From a virus, in IMG/VR virus record IMGVR_UViG_3300027963_000041, positions 32,001 through 96,000 of that record: a DNA stretch of 64,000 bases; one strand, written 5' to 3'. The notes beneath the pieces were generated by a model. It saw only the letters and a list, made by a program, of their open reading frames with translations, made no database searches and was not told the origin of the DNA. Positions within the stretch are counted from its first letter, which is position 1. Every line of letters begins with the position of its first letter. Both the position numbers and the translations under genes were made by a program. Shown piece by piece: positions 27,404-37,994 of this stretch.

Positions 27404-30400
27404 ATGGCTTCTAATCCAGGTGGTGTAAATCTAAACATCAGCCCGTATTTCGATGATTATGATGAAGATAAGAAGTTTGTAAGAGTTCTCTATCGTCCTG
27501 GACGTGCAGTTCAGGCTAGAGAACTTTCACAATCTCAAACATATCAGCAAAAGCAAATTCAACGCTTTGCTGATTACTTCTTCAAGCAAGGATCAATCGT
27601 AAACGGGTGCGAACAAAACTTAGACTTGCGTATGGAGTATGTAAAACTTCAATCAAGTTTTGGTGTTGGCACCGGTGCGGCAACAGTCAATGTAGCATCA
27701 TTTTTGAATGAAACAGTTGTTGGTGCTAACACTGGCGTTCGCGCATACGTTGGTCTTGTTTCAGATATTGAGGGCGATGATCCAAAAACATTGTTCATCA
27801 ATTATACATCATCTGGTTCGATTCTTGTATACAGCAATACTTTACCATCGTTATTGACGGTTGGAAATACAATTTTCTTCCAACCTGTCAATGCGGCCGA
27901 TGCCGCAAATAATTCAAGTACTGGCGGGCTTGCGTCTGCTATTATTAATGGATTTTATGACGACCCTATTACCGGTCAACTAGCCGTTCTCTGTAACGGT
28001 CTTGTGGGCACGCCAAATACTTCAACAACGATTATTGCAAACACTATCACATCCGATGGTGGTAACAATATCATGCTTGTTACTGGTTTCAGCGATAAGA
28101 GAACCTCTATCAAGTTTGAAAATAATGAAAAACTTTACACATACAAACGCTTTGTTTCCGATTTTGGTGATGCAGTTTTTGCAAATACTGCAACAAGTGA
28201 CGCTATTCAATACGTTGAAAATCGCGGTGCGGCAAATGAAGTAGTGTACAAGTATGGTTCTAAATTTACACTAGGTGATGGAACTATTTACCTTTCCGAT
28301 CACTTTATAAAGAATGATTCTCAGACAATTATTCTTGACAAATATAAGAACACTCCATCATATAAAATTGGTGTTGTTCCATCTAAATCTTTTATTGATA
28401 CTGTTGATGATCAATCATTGCTTGACAATGCACAGGGCACACCTAACTTTCAAGCACTTGGCGCAGATCGTCTTAAAATTGACACAGTTCTTACCAAACT
28501 CACTCTATCAGCAAATACTGATGAGACAGAATTTATTAGCGTTACAGAAGTTGAGAATGGTTTGCTTAAACGCAAATTTACTCCTGACGTAGAGAGCAAG
28601 TTAGAAGAAGCAATCGCAAAACGCACCTTTGAAGAATCAGGAAATTATACACTTTCTGATCCAAAGATTTTTGTGCGTGAACACTTAAAACAAACAGACA
28701 ATACAGGTAAATTTACTGCCGCTGAAGGTGGTAACAATGAGTTGCTTGTAATTGAAACTGATCCATTTATTTCATACGTTAAAGGTTTTAGAAATGAATT
28801 GCTTGTAAAAGCATTCACACCTTTGCGTAAGGGTACTGATGAACAGTTTATTGAACAAACAAAAACAACATTGGTTTCAGGTTCTTACATTCCAGTCAAA
28901 GAGTTGGTTGGTGCGTGGGACATTATGGAAAACACAACTGTTGATTTGTACGACACAGTACAACAAGCAATTTCAAATGCAAGTTTTAGTTCAACTACTG
29001 TAAAAGGAACTAAAATAGGTGAAGCACGAATCCGTGCCATTGAATATGCATCAGGCGTTGCTGGTAAATCAGACACAACTTACAACTTGTATCTCTATGA
29101 TATTTCAATGAATCCTGGTAAAAAGTTCCAGGACGTTCGTTCTCTTTACGATGACGTAAGCGGTCTACCTGATCGTTATGCGGATGTTGTGGTTGACGCA
29201 TTTGGTAACGCAACATTGCGCGATGCCGCATTTGAACCTGCAATTTTTAGATTGCCATATACTGGTACCAAAACAATTCGAGACCTTGACAATAACGTAG
29301 AGGCAGGTTTTGGATTCAAAAAAGAATTCTCAGTATTCTTTAACGCTACTGGTATTATTACACTTATTACAACAGACTTGAATGAAACATTCGCGTCTGG
29401 TGCGTCTGATGCACTTAAAAATCAAAACTATCTTGCTGTTCCTACAATTACAGCAAACACTGGCGCTTATACTGGAACTGTAACTACTACATCAGGCAAC
29501 GCCTTAGTTGTTGGTACAAGCACAGCATTTACTACACAATGGGAAATTGGTGACGTAATTCGTGTTGGTGGACAAGATCGAATTATATCAAGCGTTGTGA
29601 ATACAACACACCTACTTGTGTCGTCAAACTTTACTACAACATTTTCAGCAAACACTTATTCAAAAGTATTTCCTGCTGGTTTGCCAGTTCGCTTGTATGG
29701 CCAAGCCGCAAACGGCACAAGAAGCGTAGCACTAGGTTCTGCTGGCGCACAGACCGTTGAAGTAGATTTGAAAGAAAGTAATATTGTTTCTTCAGCAGGT
29801 TCTGGTTTTACTGCGCGAGTAATTGCAACAATGAATCGCGCCAATGCGCGTGAGACAAGAAAAATTCTTGCTAATAACGAAACTGTTATTATTAATGCAA
29901 ATACACATCCAAATGGATTTCAAGGTCCTTACGGACTCGGTTATGGTGATGTTTATCAAATTCGTGCAATCTATCAATCAACTAATTTTAGCACTACACC
30001 AACAACATCAAATACTGTTGTGACAGATAACTATACTTTTGACAATGGTCAAAGAGATACATCATATGAACATGGAAGTATTTCTCCTAAGATTGGTGTC
30101 GTACCATCAGGACAATTGCTTGTAGTTTTTGATCACTTTAACCACGACACATCACAAGGTCTTGGGTATTTGTCAATTGATTCGTATCCAATTAACGATG
30201 CAACTTCATCTAATACATCAATTAGAACAGATCAAATTCCAATCTACAGATCAAGAACTGGTACGTCATTTGATTTGCGCGACTGTTTAGATTTCCGTGC
30301 AATTAAAGCGGCTAACACTACACCAACAAATCCATTACCATCTATCGCTACAGTTTTGACTGGTACAGCGAACGTAGCATTTGGTAGTGCAAATGTAATT

Positions 30401-33400
30401 GGTACTGGAACAACATTCACAACAACAGTTATTGCTGGTGACACTCTTCGTATTTCAAATCAAGAAAGAATTGTTGCGTCTGTTACGAATAACACATTCT
30501 TAACATGTACTACACAATTCTCAAAAACTGCAACAGCACAAACTGTTAATAGCATAAACCCTAATGAATACGTTATCCCTGGCGGCGGTTTACACTTTCC
30601 AGTTCCATCATCTGACTATACCGCAGACTTAATTGTTTACAAAGGTAGAAAAGCAAAACTCTATGTTGATGAAAACGGTGAACTTGGTATCAATGATGGT
30701 TCACCAGGTTACCCATATTCATCACCACCTCCAACAATTCCTGATACACTTGAAATTGCAGAATTGACTATTCCTGTGTATCCTTCTCTTGCAAGAGATA
30801 TTCAGATCGAATCTTATAACAACCGCCGATTCACCATGCGTGATATTGGTAAGTTAAAGACTCGCGTTGAACAGTTAGAGTACTATGCTACACTCAACGA
30901 AACTGAACGTAAAGCAAGTGAGAAAGTTATTCTTGACGATGCTGGTTTAGACAAATACAAAAACGGTGTTCTTGTTGATACTTTCGATGGACATAACATT
31001 GGTGACGTAAACTCAGCAGACTATAAAGTTTCTATTGATAGAACATTCCGCTATGCGACTGCTTATGCAAACAATCAAATTCAAATTGCTTTGAAATATA
31101 ACACAACCGGTTCTTCTGGTGTGTATCGCACACCTGGCAATAAATTGATGTTGGATTATAATGAAGAAACATTCATTGATCAGCCATATGCATCTCAGAC
31201 AATTAATCTAGCACAAGAACTTACATTCACTTGGACTGGTGATTTGGAAGTAGTGCCAGCAACAGATAACTGGATGGATACAAATTATCCACCAGACGCA
31301 AATACAGTTGTTGACTTGACTGGTTTTGCTGATAACTTCAGAACACTTGTCGATGCATGGAACACAGAAGTGGCTCCAATGACACGTTTTTGGACAGGCG
31401 AACCTCCAGTTACTTCACAAACAAACGTGGGTAGTGCGTTCCGCAGTTTCCAACGCGCAACTACATGGGGTCTTGCGGTTCTGCAAGCACAAAGAACACT
31501 TACTACACAAGATCAAATTCAATTTGAAAATCGTGGACAGATTGACATTGCCGCGGCTGACGTAAACAGAGTTACCGAACGTGTTTCTGACGTTTCTATT
31601 AAGCAATGGATGCGTCCACGCGACTTTATTTTCCAAGCACAGTCCATGAAAGACGGTGCAAGAGTTTATGCATTCTTTGATGATATTAACGTAACTGCTA
31701 ACTGCACACAAATTCGTTTGGTTGGTAGCACAACAGTAGATGATTTACTCGACTTGTTTGACACAAATGGTATTCTTGCAACAGATAACACAAAGTATGT
31801 TCGTTTGCCTGCTGGTACATTGCGTACAGAAAGAAATAGAATCTTCGGTCTCTTCAGAGTACCTGAGAATCGTTACTATACCGGTCAACGCACATTCCGT
31901 TTGACTGACGATATAGACAATCGCGTATCTACTGCCACAACAATTGCAAGTACATCAATCTTCTCACAAGGCCTTGCAATCTCTAAGGGGCTTGATATTG
32001 TTAATACTCGCCCGTTTAACTTTAGAGGATTTGCAGACCAGCGAGTTATTGGAACTGCTGGAACTCGACAAGTTGTTATATCAGACACAACTTCTAACGT
32101 GCAAGTTGGACAATGGGATCCATTGTCTCAATCATTCTATGTTGATGAAAACGTATACAAACAAGGTCTCTTTGTTTCATCTTTAGATTTGTTCTTTAGA
32201 AATAAAACGGACGAACCTAATCTTGGTGTGACTGTAGAAATTCGCGAAATGCAAAATGGTTTTCCAACCCGTAGAGCGGTTGGTGATGTATCAAGAAGAG
32301 AAAACGCAGAGATTAATGTAAGCACATCTGGTACAGTTGCAACCACGTTTGAGTTTAAGAGTCCAATCTATCTTGCGCCTGGCGTAGAGTATTGCTTTGT
32401 TGTAAAACCAGATGGTAACTCTACAGGCTTTGATGTGTTCGTTGCAGAACTTGGACAATTTGACATTACCAATCCAGAAATTAATCTGCGTATTGATAAA
32501 CAAGCCGCTGCCGGTATTCTATTCACCTCTGCTAACGACTTTACTTGGTCTGCAAGACAAAATCAAGACGTTAAGTTTAAGTTGAAGGTTGCCAAATTCC
32601 TAACTACAGCGCCTGGCGTTGCAGTACTTCAGAATATGAACTTGACGGCTAACAGCGACTTTGAATTTAACTCTTACATTTTGAATATTGAAAACCTTAC
32701 AATCCCAAAAACAGACGTAACATTGGAATCAAGAGTTTCTGATGCATCATATGCTATTGCAGATTTTAAACCAGTTCGTAATCTAGAACGTGTTCAAGAA
32801 ACTGCCGTTCGTATTATTGCAAATACAGTTAATGAAGCGACAGAACTTTCAACAACAAAATCAATGACTGTTCGCGCAACTCTGACTACAGAGAATGCAT
32901 ATATTACACCATACATTGATTTGCAACGTATGAATGCCGCGCTTGAGCAAACTCAGATTAATAACTTGTCCTATCGTGAATTAGATGGTGGAGTTACATG
33001 GTCAGCAAATAGCACCATTGTAACTGGCGCAGGCACATCATTTAATACTGAATTAAGTGCTGGTGAATTTGTTCTCTTTGGAGAAGAATATCGTCAAATT
33101 GCTTCCATTACAAATTCAAGTTACATGGAAGTTAAGAATGCATTCACCACATCCGGTTCTGGCGCAACAGTATTCCAAGAAAATGAAGAAAATCCAACTG
33201 GACCATATGCTTCAGAGTCGCGCTATATCACTCGCGTAGTTAAGTTGAATGACGGATTTGAATCTTCAGACCTTGCGGTTTACGTTTCAGTTAACAAGCA
33301 ACAATCAACAGGCATCAAAGTTTACTATAAAGTACTTAGCCCTGAAGATACTGATCCATTTGAGTCTAAATTCTGGAACGAGATGGTAATTGAAGGTGGT

Positions 33401-33835
33401 TCAACAACCAACCAAAACTCAATTACCTACAATGAAGAAAAGTATGTTGTACCACCCGCAAAGAAAACTGGTGGTTCTCAGTTATTGAGAGGCACAGTTT
33501 CTACAACAAATGGCGACACAATTGTTTCAGGTTCAAACACAGTCTTCTTGGAAGCATTGACTGTGGGTTCAACCATTGCGATTGGCACATCAAGATTGCA
33601 AAGAACAATTACCGCTATTTCGAACAATACTTTCCTTGCTGTAGATAGCGCATTTACCGCTAACACTACAGGACAAGAGGCTTATAAGGTTCTAAATAAC
33701 TCTATTGGCTACACAACACCTGAAGGCAAATCGTTTGATGGATTTAAATTCTTTGCAATTAAGGTAGTATTTTTATCTACCAATCGTGCATATGCACCAA
33801 AAATCAAAGAATTAAGAGCGGTTGCTTTGGCTTAA
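27404..33835 (+). CDS. Large baseplate/fibre-attachment virion protein (VrlC/DUF4815-like)
   Basis: LN.SPYFDDYD..K.F..VL..PG.AVQARELSQ.Q, A.RT.EESGNY, N.RFTMRDIGKL..R...LEYY, DPL.QSF. Confidence 0.85.
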   Translation: MASNPGGVNLNISPYFDDYDEDKKFVRVLYRPGRAVQARELSQSQTYQQKQIQRFADYFFKQGSIVNGCEQNLDLRMEYVKLQSSFGVGTGAATVNVASFLNETVVGANTGVRAYVGLVSDIEGDDPKTLFINYTSSGSILVYSNTLPSLLTVGNTIFFQPVNAADAANNSSTGGLASAIINGFYDDPITGQLAVLCNGLVGTPNTSTTIIANTITSDGGNNIMLVTGFSDKRTSIKFENNEKLYTYKRFVSDFGDAVFANTATSDAIQYVENRGAANEVVYKYGSKFTLGDGTIYLSDHFIKNDSQTIILDKYKNTPSYKIGVVPSKSFIDTVDDQSLLDNAQGTPNFQALGADRLKIDTVLTKLTLSANTDETEFISVTEVENGLLKRKFTPDVESKLEEAIAKRTFEESGNYTLSDPKIFVREHLKQTDNTGKFTAAEGGNNELLVIETDPFISYVKGFRNELLVKAFTPLRKGTDEQFIEQTKTTLVSGSYIPVKELVGAWDIMENTTVDLYDTVQQAISNASFSSTTVKGTKIGEARIRAIEYASGVAGKSDTTYNLYLYDISMNPGKKFQDVRSLYDDVSGLPDRYADVVVDAFGNATLRDAAFEPAIFRLPYTGTKTIRDLDNNVEAGFGFKKEFSVFFNATGIITLITTDLNETFASGASDALKNQNYLAVPTITANTGAYTGTVTTTSGNALVVGTSTAFTTQWEIGDVIRVGGQDRIISSVVNTTHLLVSSNFTTTFSANTYSKVFPAGLPVRLYGQAANGTRSVALGSAGAQTVEVDLKESNIVSSAGSGFTARVIATMNRANARETRKILANNETVIINANTHPNGFQGPYGLGYGDVYQIRAIYQSTNFSTTPTTSNTVVTDNYTFDNGQRDTSYEHGSISPKIGVVPSGQLLVVFDHFNHDTSQGLGYLSIDSYPINDATSSNTSIRTDQIPIYRSRTGTSFDLRDCLDFRAIKAANTTPTNPLPSIATVLTGTANVAFGSANVIGTGTTFTTTVIAGDTLRISNQERIVASVTNNTFLTCTTQFSKTATAQTVNSINPNEYVIPGGGLHFPVPSSDYTADLIVYKGRKAKLYVDENGELGINDGSPGYPYSSPPPTIPDTLEIAELTIPVYPSLARDIQIESYNNRRFTMRDIGKLKTRVEQLEYYATLNETERKASEKVILDDAGLDKYKNGVLVDTFDGHNIGDVNSADYKVSIDRTFRYATAYANNQIQIALKYNTTGSSGVYRTPGNKLMLDYNEETFIDQPYASQTINLAQELTFTWTGDLEVVPATDNWMDTNYPPDANTVVDLTGFADNFRTLVDAWNTEVAPMTRFWTGEPPVTSQTNVGSAFRSFQRATTWGLAVLQAQRTLTTQDQIQFENRGQIDIAAADVNRVTERVSDVSIKQWMRPRDFIFQAQSMKDGARVYAFFDDINVTANCTQIRLVGSTTVDDLLDLFDTNGILATDNTKYVRLPAGTLRTERNRIFGLFRVPENRYYTGQRTFRLTDDIDNRVSTATTIASTSIFSQGLAISKGLDIVNTRPFNFRGFADQRVIGTAGTRQVVISDTTSNVQVGQWDPLSQSFYVDENVYKQGLFVSSLDLFFRNKTDEPNLGVTVEIREMQNGFPTRRAVGDVSRRENAEINVSTSGTVATTFEFKSPIYLAPGVEYCFVVKPDGNSTGFDVFVAELGQFDITNPEINLRIDKQAAAGILFTSANDFTWSARQNQDVKFKLKVAKFLTTAPGVAVLQNMNLTANSDFEFNSYILNIENLTIPKTDVTLESRVSDASYAIADFKPVRNLERVQETAVRIIANTVNEATELSTTKSMTVRATLTTENAYITPYIDLQRMNAALEQTQINNLSYRELDGGVTWSANSTIVTGAGTSFNTELSAGEFVLFGEEYRQIASITNSSYMEVKNAFTTSGSGATVFQENEENPTGPYASESRYITRVVKLNDGFESSDLAVYVSVNKQQSTGIKVYYKVLSPEDTDPFESKFWNEMVIEGGSTTNQNSITYNEEKYVVPPAKKTGGSQLLRGTVSTTNGDTIVSGSNTVFLEALTVGSTIAIGTSRLQRTITAISNNTFLAVDSAFTANTTGQEAYKVLNNSIGYTTPEGKSFDGFKFFAIKVVFLSTNRAYAPKIKELRAVALA

Positions 33836-33856
33836 AGATAAAAGGCGCATAAATAA

Positions 33857-34090
33857 ATGGAACACAAAATTGAACTTTCCGAACCTATTCACGGATTTAC
33901 TCATAGAGATGCACACTCTAAAGCCTTATTGAATACAGATTTAAGCGGGCTGATGAAGTACAAGTTGCAAAGAGAGAGACACTTTCAAGGCATCCAAGAA
34001 ATGAATAGGGTCAGGTCGGATATTTCGTTCTTAAAAGGCGAAATGAAAGAAATTAAACAATTACTTTTAGTTCTATTACAGAATAAATAA
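33857..34090 (+). CDS. Small conserved coiled-coil hypothetical protein
   Basis: RD..SKALLNTD...Y, LK.EM.EIK.LL; usual position after VrlC-like genes. Confidence 0.75.
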   Translation: MEHKIELSEPIHGFTHRDAHSKALLNTDLSGLMKYKLQRERHFQGIQEMNRVRSDISFLKGEMKEIKQLLLVLLQNK

Positions 34091-34119
34091 CCTAAATTAA
34101 CAGAAGAGAGAGAGAAAAG

Positions 34120-36639
34120 ATGGCACAGACTCAAATTCAGTTAGCAAATACATTCAATGAATTTCGCGCGGCATACAATGCGGCCGCGAATACCGTTGAT
34201 TCGCTAGAAACTTCACTTAACGCGATTACTGGAGGCGGAGGGTCTGGCATCAATGTTGGAACCGTAACTGCTAACAACTTCGTCAACACTACTTTAACCA
34301 GCGGAAGATTACTATTTGGTAATGCCGCAGGTCATATTGTTGGAGATGCCGGGCTGGCTTTTGCCACATCTAACAATCATTTGCTTGCCACAAACGTAAT
34401 AACTGGTAATGGTTATTTCTCAACTTCTCTTCGTGCCGCAACTGTTCAAGCAAACAATCTCACATCTGGTCGTCTTACTTTTGCAACGACAAATGGTCAA
34501 TTAACAGACGATGGTGATTTGGTTTGGGATACAAGTACAAATAGATTGACTGTAACAAATGGTCAGTTAAATCTCGCCGGTACTACATCACTAGACAGCG
34601 CAGGTAAAATTGATGTAAACAATACTCTTCGTGCCGCAAACGTAACTGCAAACAATCTTACATCTGGTCGCGTTCTAATCGCAGGCACATCTGGTCTGAT
34701 CACAGACGATAGCGGATTGACATACAATTCCGGAACAGACTCTCTCACCGCAAGTGGTAACATTACTGCAACTGCATGGGCTAATGCCGCAAACATGAAC
34801 ATTACAACCAATTTAAGTGTTGGTGCTAACGTAAATGTCTCAGGTACAGTAAATGCCGCATCCGACTTACATGTTGGTGGTGCGGCACAATGGATTATCG
34901 ATAAAGACGAAGATCAAGACGTTCACTTGGTTACAGCGGTCGGTCAAAGTGATGGCTCGCACGATATTGCTATTATTAACCGCAGTAATAGTGCAAACGC
35001 ATATGCCGAATTGATTGCAATGAACAACGCAGGTAATACCGATAACGGTTGGGTATCAATTGGTATTAATTCAACAAACTACAATCAAGGTGCGTTCGCT
35101 ATTACAAAAGGCGAAGACGCATACATTCTTTATAATCAACCAGTAGGTTCAACAAAGTCTGGTGACTTAATTATCGGTACTGGTGGTAACGGTACAGGCA
35201 ACAAGATCATCTTCTCAGCGAATGGCTTTGATGATCCAGCAAATAACACTCAGTTGACTATTGTTCCTGGTGTTAGTATTCACGTTGAAGTTCCTACACA
35301 GTCTATTTCGACCACAACTGGTGCATTGACAGTCGCAGGTGGTCTAGGCGTTGTTGGTAACATGAACGTAGGTGGTAACGTAACCATCACAGGTACTATT
35401 TCTCTACTTGGTGCAGGTAACACAGTTTCAACAGATACACTTTCTGTTGCAAACGCGATGTTGTTCCTTGCGAATGGTAACTCCGCAGACACAATCGACA
35501 TTGGTGTTATTGGTGAATACACAGCAGGTACAAAGAAGTATCTTGGCTTTGTTCGCGATGCATCAGATGGTGTCTTTAAACTATTTATTGATGGTAGCGC
35601 CAAACCTTCAAACACAGTAAACTTTGGTCTAGCAGGATTGAAGTATGGTTCAGTACAAATTGGTGAATTGTATACATCAAATACTACTGCAACTTCAAGC
35701 ACTACTACAGGTTCACTCAGAGTTGCGGGTGGTGCAGGTATCGCAGGTGGTGTATGGGCTGGCGGTGCAATTCGCACAGACTCAAATACTGTATCTACAT
35801 CTATATCAACTGGTGCATTGATTATTGCTGGTGGCGCAGGTGTCGCAGGCGCAATCAACGCTGGCGGTGCAATTAAAACAACAGATAGTACAGCATCCAC
35901 AACCACAGCAACTGGTTCTATCATCGCAGGTGGTGGTCTAGGCGTTGGTGGTCAAGTTACCGCTGGTGGCGCACTCAAGACTACAGATAGCACGGCATCA
36001 ACTACAACCGCGACAGGTTCTATCATCGCAGGTGGTGGTGCAGGTATCGCAGGCGCAATCAACGCTGGTGGTGCAATTAAAACAACAGACGCTACAGCAT
36101 CAACTACAACCGCGACAGGTTCTATCATTGCGGGTGGCGGCCTAGGTGTTGCCGGAGCCGCTTATATTGGTGGTATTATCTCCACTAGTGACGCCACAGA
36201 CACTACATCAGGAACATCGGGTGCTGTTCGAGTTGCTGGTGGTATCGGTGTTGTAAAAGGTGTTCACGTTGGTGGAACACTTATCACAACAAAAGTATCA
36301 GAGAAAACATCAGATGTATCGGCAAGTGGTGTTACAACATTCGATACAACAAACGGTCATGTATTCGCAGTTACACCAAGTGCTGACTTTACTGCAAACT
36401 TTACAAACGTAGACACAACATCAAGCCGTGTTCAAGTAATGACACTTATCATCACACAAGGCGGAACGCCACGTGCCTTGTCCGCAGTTCAGATTGCTGG
36501 TGTCGGACAAACAATTAAATACGCTGGTAACGTGACTCCAACATTTACTGCAAATAAAACAGAACTTGTTGTTATTACACTCATTAGAACTAGCGGCGGC
36601 TCATGGACTGTTACAGGTCAACTATCACAATACGGTTAA
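34120..36639 (+). CDS. Tail fibre-like protein with STTTG(A/S)xxxxGGxG repeats
   Basis: NTFNEFR N-terminus; repeated NNLTSGR and GAIKTTDSTASTTTATGSIIAGGG units; GG.P.A, PTFTANKTE C-terminal tip. Confidence 0.75.
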   Translation: MAQTQIQLANTFNEFRAAYNAAANTVDSLETSLNAITGGGGSGINVGTVTANNFVNTTLTSGRLLFGNAAGHIVGDAGLAFATSNNHLLATNVITGNGYFSTSLRAATVQANNLTSGRLTFATTNGQLTDDGDLVWDTSTNRLTVTNGQLNLAGTTSLDSAGKIDVNNTLRAANVTANNLTSGRVLIAGTSGLITDDSGLTYNSGTDSLTASGNITATAWANAANMNITTNLSVGANVNVSGTVNAASDLHVGGAAQWIIDKDEDQDVHLVTAVGQSDGSHDIAIINRSNSANAYAELIAMNNAGNTDNGWVSIGINSTNYNQGAFAITKGEDAYILYNQPVGSTKSGDLIIGTGGNGTGNKIIFSANGFDDPANNTQLTIVPGVSIHVEVPTQSISTTTGALTVAGGLGVVGNMNVGGNVTITGTISLLGAGNTVSTDTLSVANAMLFLANGNSADTIDIGVIGEYTAGTKKYLGFVRDASDGVFKLFIDGSAKPSNTVNFGLAGLKYGSVQIGELYTSNTTATSSTTTGSLRVAGGAGIAGGVWAGGAIRTDSNTVSTSISTGALIIAGGAGVAGAINAGGAIKTTDSTASTTTATGSIIAGGGLGVGGQVTAGGALKTTDSTASTTTATGSIIAGGGAGIAGAINAGGAIKTTDATASTTTATGSIIAGGGLGVAGAAYIGGIISTSDATDTTSGTSGAVRVAGGIGVVKGVHVGGTLITTKVSEKTSDVSASGVTTFDTTNGHVFAVTPSADFTANFTNVDTTSSRVQVMTLIITQGGTPRALSAVQIAGVGQTIKYAGNVTPTFTANKTELVVITLIRTSGGSWTVTGQLSQYG

Positions 36640-36656
36640 TTAGAGAGGTTGCTTAA

Positions 36657-37994
36657 ATGCCATTTTTTAATTCGGCAGGCGCCGCCGCGGTAGCAACAGG
36701 TCGTGGAGGATATCATCCGAGTGTTTCGGGAACCGATGCGCCTGGCTCTTCAGCCGCGGGTTCCTTAGGAACATCAACGCTAAGTGGCAATGGTCAAACC
36801 ATTGCTTCTACTTCAGCATCGACTGTTACTGGTCAACGAGATATTATTGACCCGTGGTTCACTGGCGCAGAAGCATATTCAATTACTTCAGGTTCTTTAC
36901 CTCCAGGATTTGCACTCAACCCATCAACCGGTCAAGTAACCGGAGCATATACGATAGCAGGCTGGAACGAAGACGGTACTTATAATTTTACTGTTCGCTC
37001 AAATACTGGTGACGGGCTTCATCAAAGCGACAGGGCATATTCGATTGCGGTTTCAGTTCCTTTTCTTTACAAACAGATCATCACAATTGGTTATGTAGTC
37101 GGCGGTTACATTAGTTCAACTCCATACAGAAATGTGCATGGAATGAATAATGCAACGGACACCACCACAAACAAAGGCGATTTGATTGGTAATGCCGCCC
37201 AATATACTGATGGTTTCCCATCTAAAGACAACTCATATATAATGGGTACAAGCGATAGCGCAAGTACCGGTTCAGCAAGAACTGATAAATTCAATATGAG
37301 AACTGAGACTGCTATTGCACATGATGCTAGTAGAAACATGCCAGGTTCTAAAGATGACCTAACAATAGCATCAACATTGTCACCAGCCGCAATTGGTTAT
37401 ATTTTTGGTGGCGGGTCAGCATCAGTTTTTAAATTTACTTCAAGTAATGATACTTGCGCGACAATTCCTGCTACGTCAACTGCTGGATCGGCTAGCACAG
37501 CAACAGGTACTGGCTCTATTCAAGGAGAACTTAACGCAGTTATAACTCCTGGTGCAAATAAATTTGTTTACGCAACAGAAACAAATACAGGCATCGCGCC
37601 AGCATATCCTGATGTAGACGGACAGCAAAAAGGCTTGTCCACAAAATTAGGTAAAGGCTATATGGGCAACGAAGGTGGTTATGCTAGAGGTTATAACTTC
37701 CGCGTTTGGAATTTTAGTAGCGAAACATATACTACAGTATCAAAGCCAGCAATTCCATTACACCCATTGGGTTATGGTGAAGAAAATATGATCATGGGTC
37801 AACATTGGGGATATATTATGGGACTTTACAACGAATCAACTGGACAAATTACAGATTGCATCAAACATGTTTATCCAACAAATAGTGGATATTATCTGGG
37901 TTTCGGTGCTGATTCTGCGCCTGGTGGATTTAATGTGCCGGCTCCAGGTTCTCTTGGGGGAAGAAGTTCCGGAGCAAAGTCTTGGAGAGATTAA
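36657..37994 (+). CDS. Putative-Ig domain plus repeat (propeller-like) virion-associated protein, paralogue A
   Basis: YSITSGSLPPG..LN.STG..TG (He_PIG-like); GYVVGG, GYIFGG, GYMG, GYIMG repeats. Confidence 0.7.
   Translation: MPFFNSAGAAAVATGRGGYHPSVSGTDAPGSSAAGSLGTSTLSGNGQTIASTSASTVTGQRDIIDPWFTGAEAYSITSGSLPPGFALNPSTGQVTGAYTIAGWNEDGTYNFTVRSNTGDGLHQSDRAYSIAVSVPFLYKQIITIGYVVGGYISSTPYRNVHGMNNATDTTTNKGDLIGNAAQYTDGFPSKDNSYIMGTSDSASTGSARTDKFNMRTETAIAHDASRNMPGSKDDLTIASTLSPAAIGYIFGGGSASVFKFTSSNDTCATIPATSTAGSASTATGTGSIQGELNAVITPGANKFVYATETNTGIAPAYPDVDGQQKGLSTKLGKGYMGNEGGYARGYNFRVWNFSSETYTTVSKPAIPLHPLGYGEENMIMGQHWGYIMGLYNESTGQITDCIKHVYPTNSGYYLGFGADSAPGGFNVPAPGSLGGRSSGAKSWRD

Noticed and set aside
35280-35924. 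214-aa minus-strand ORF and similar antisense ORFs over Gly/Ala/Thr-rich genes
   Set aside because: Expected stop-poor antisense frames of low-complexity structural genes
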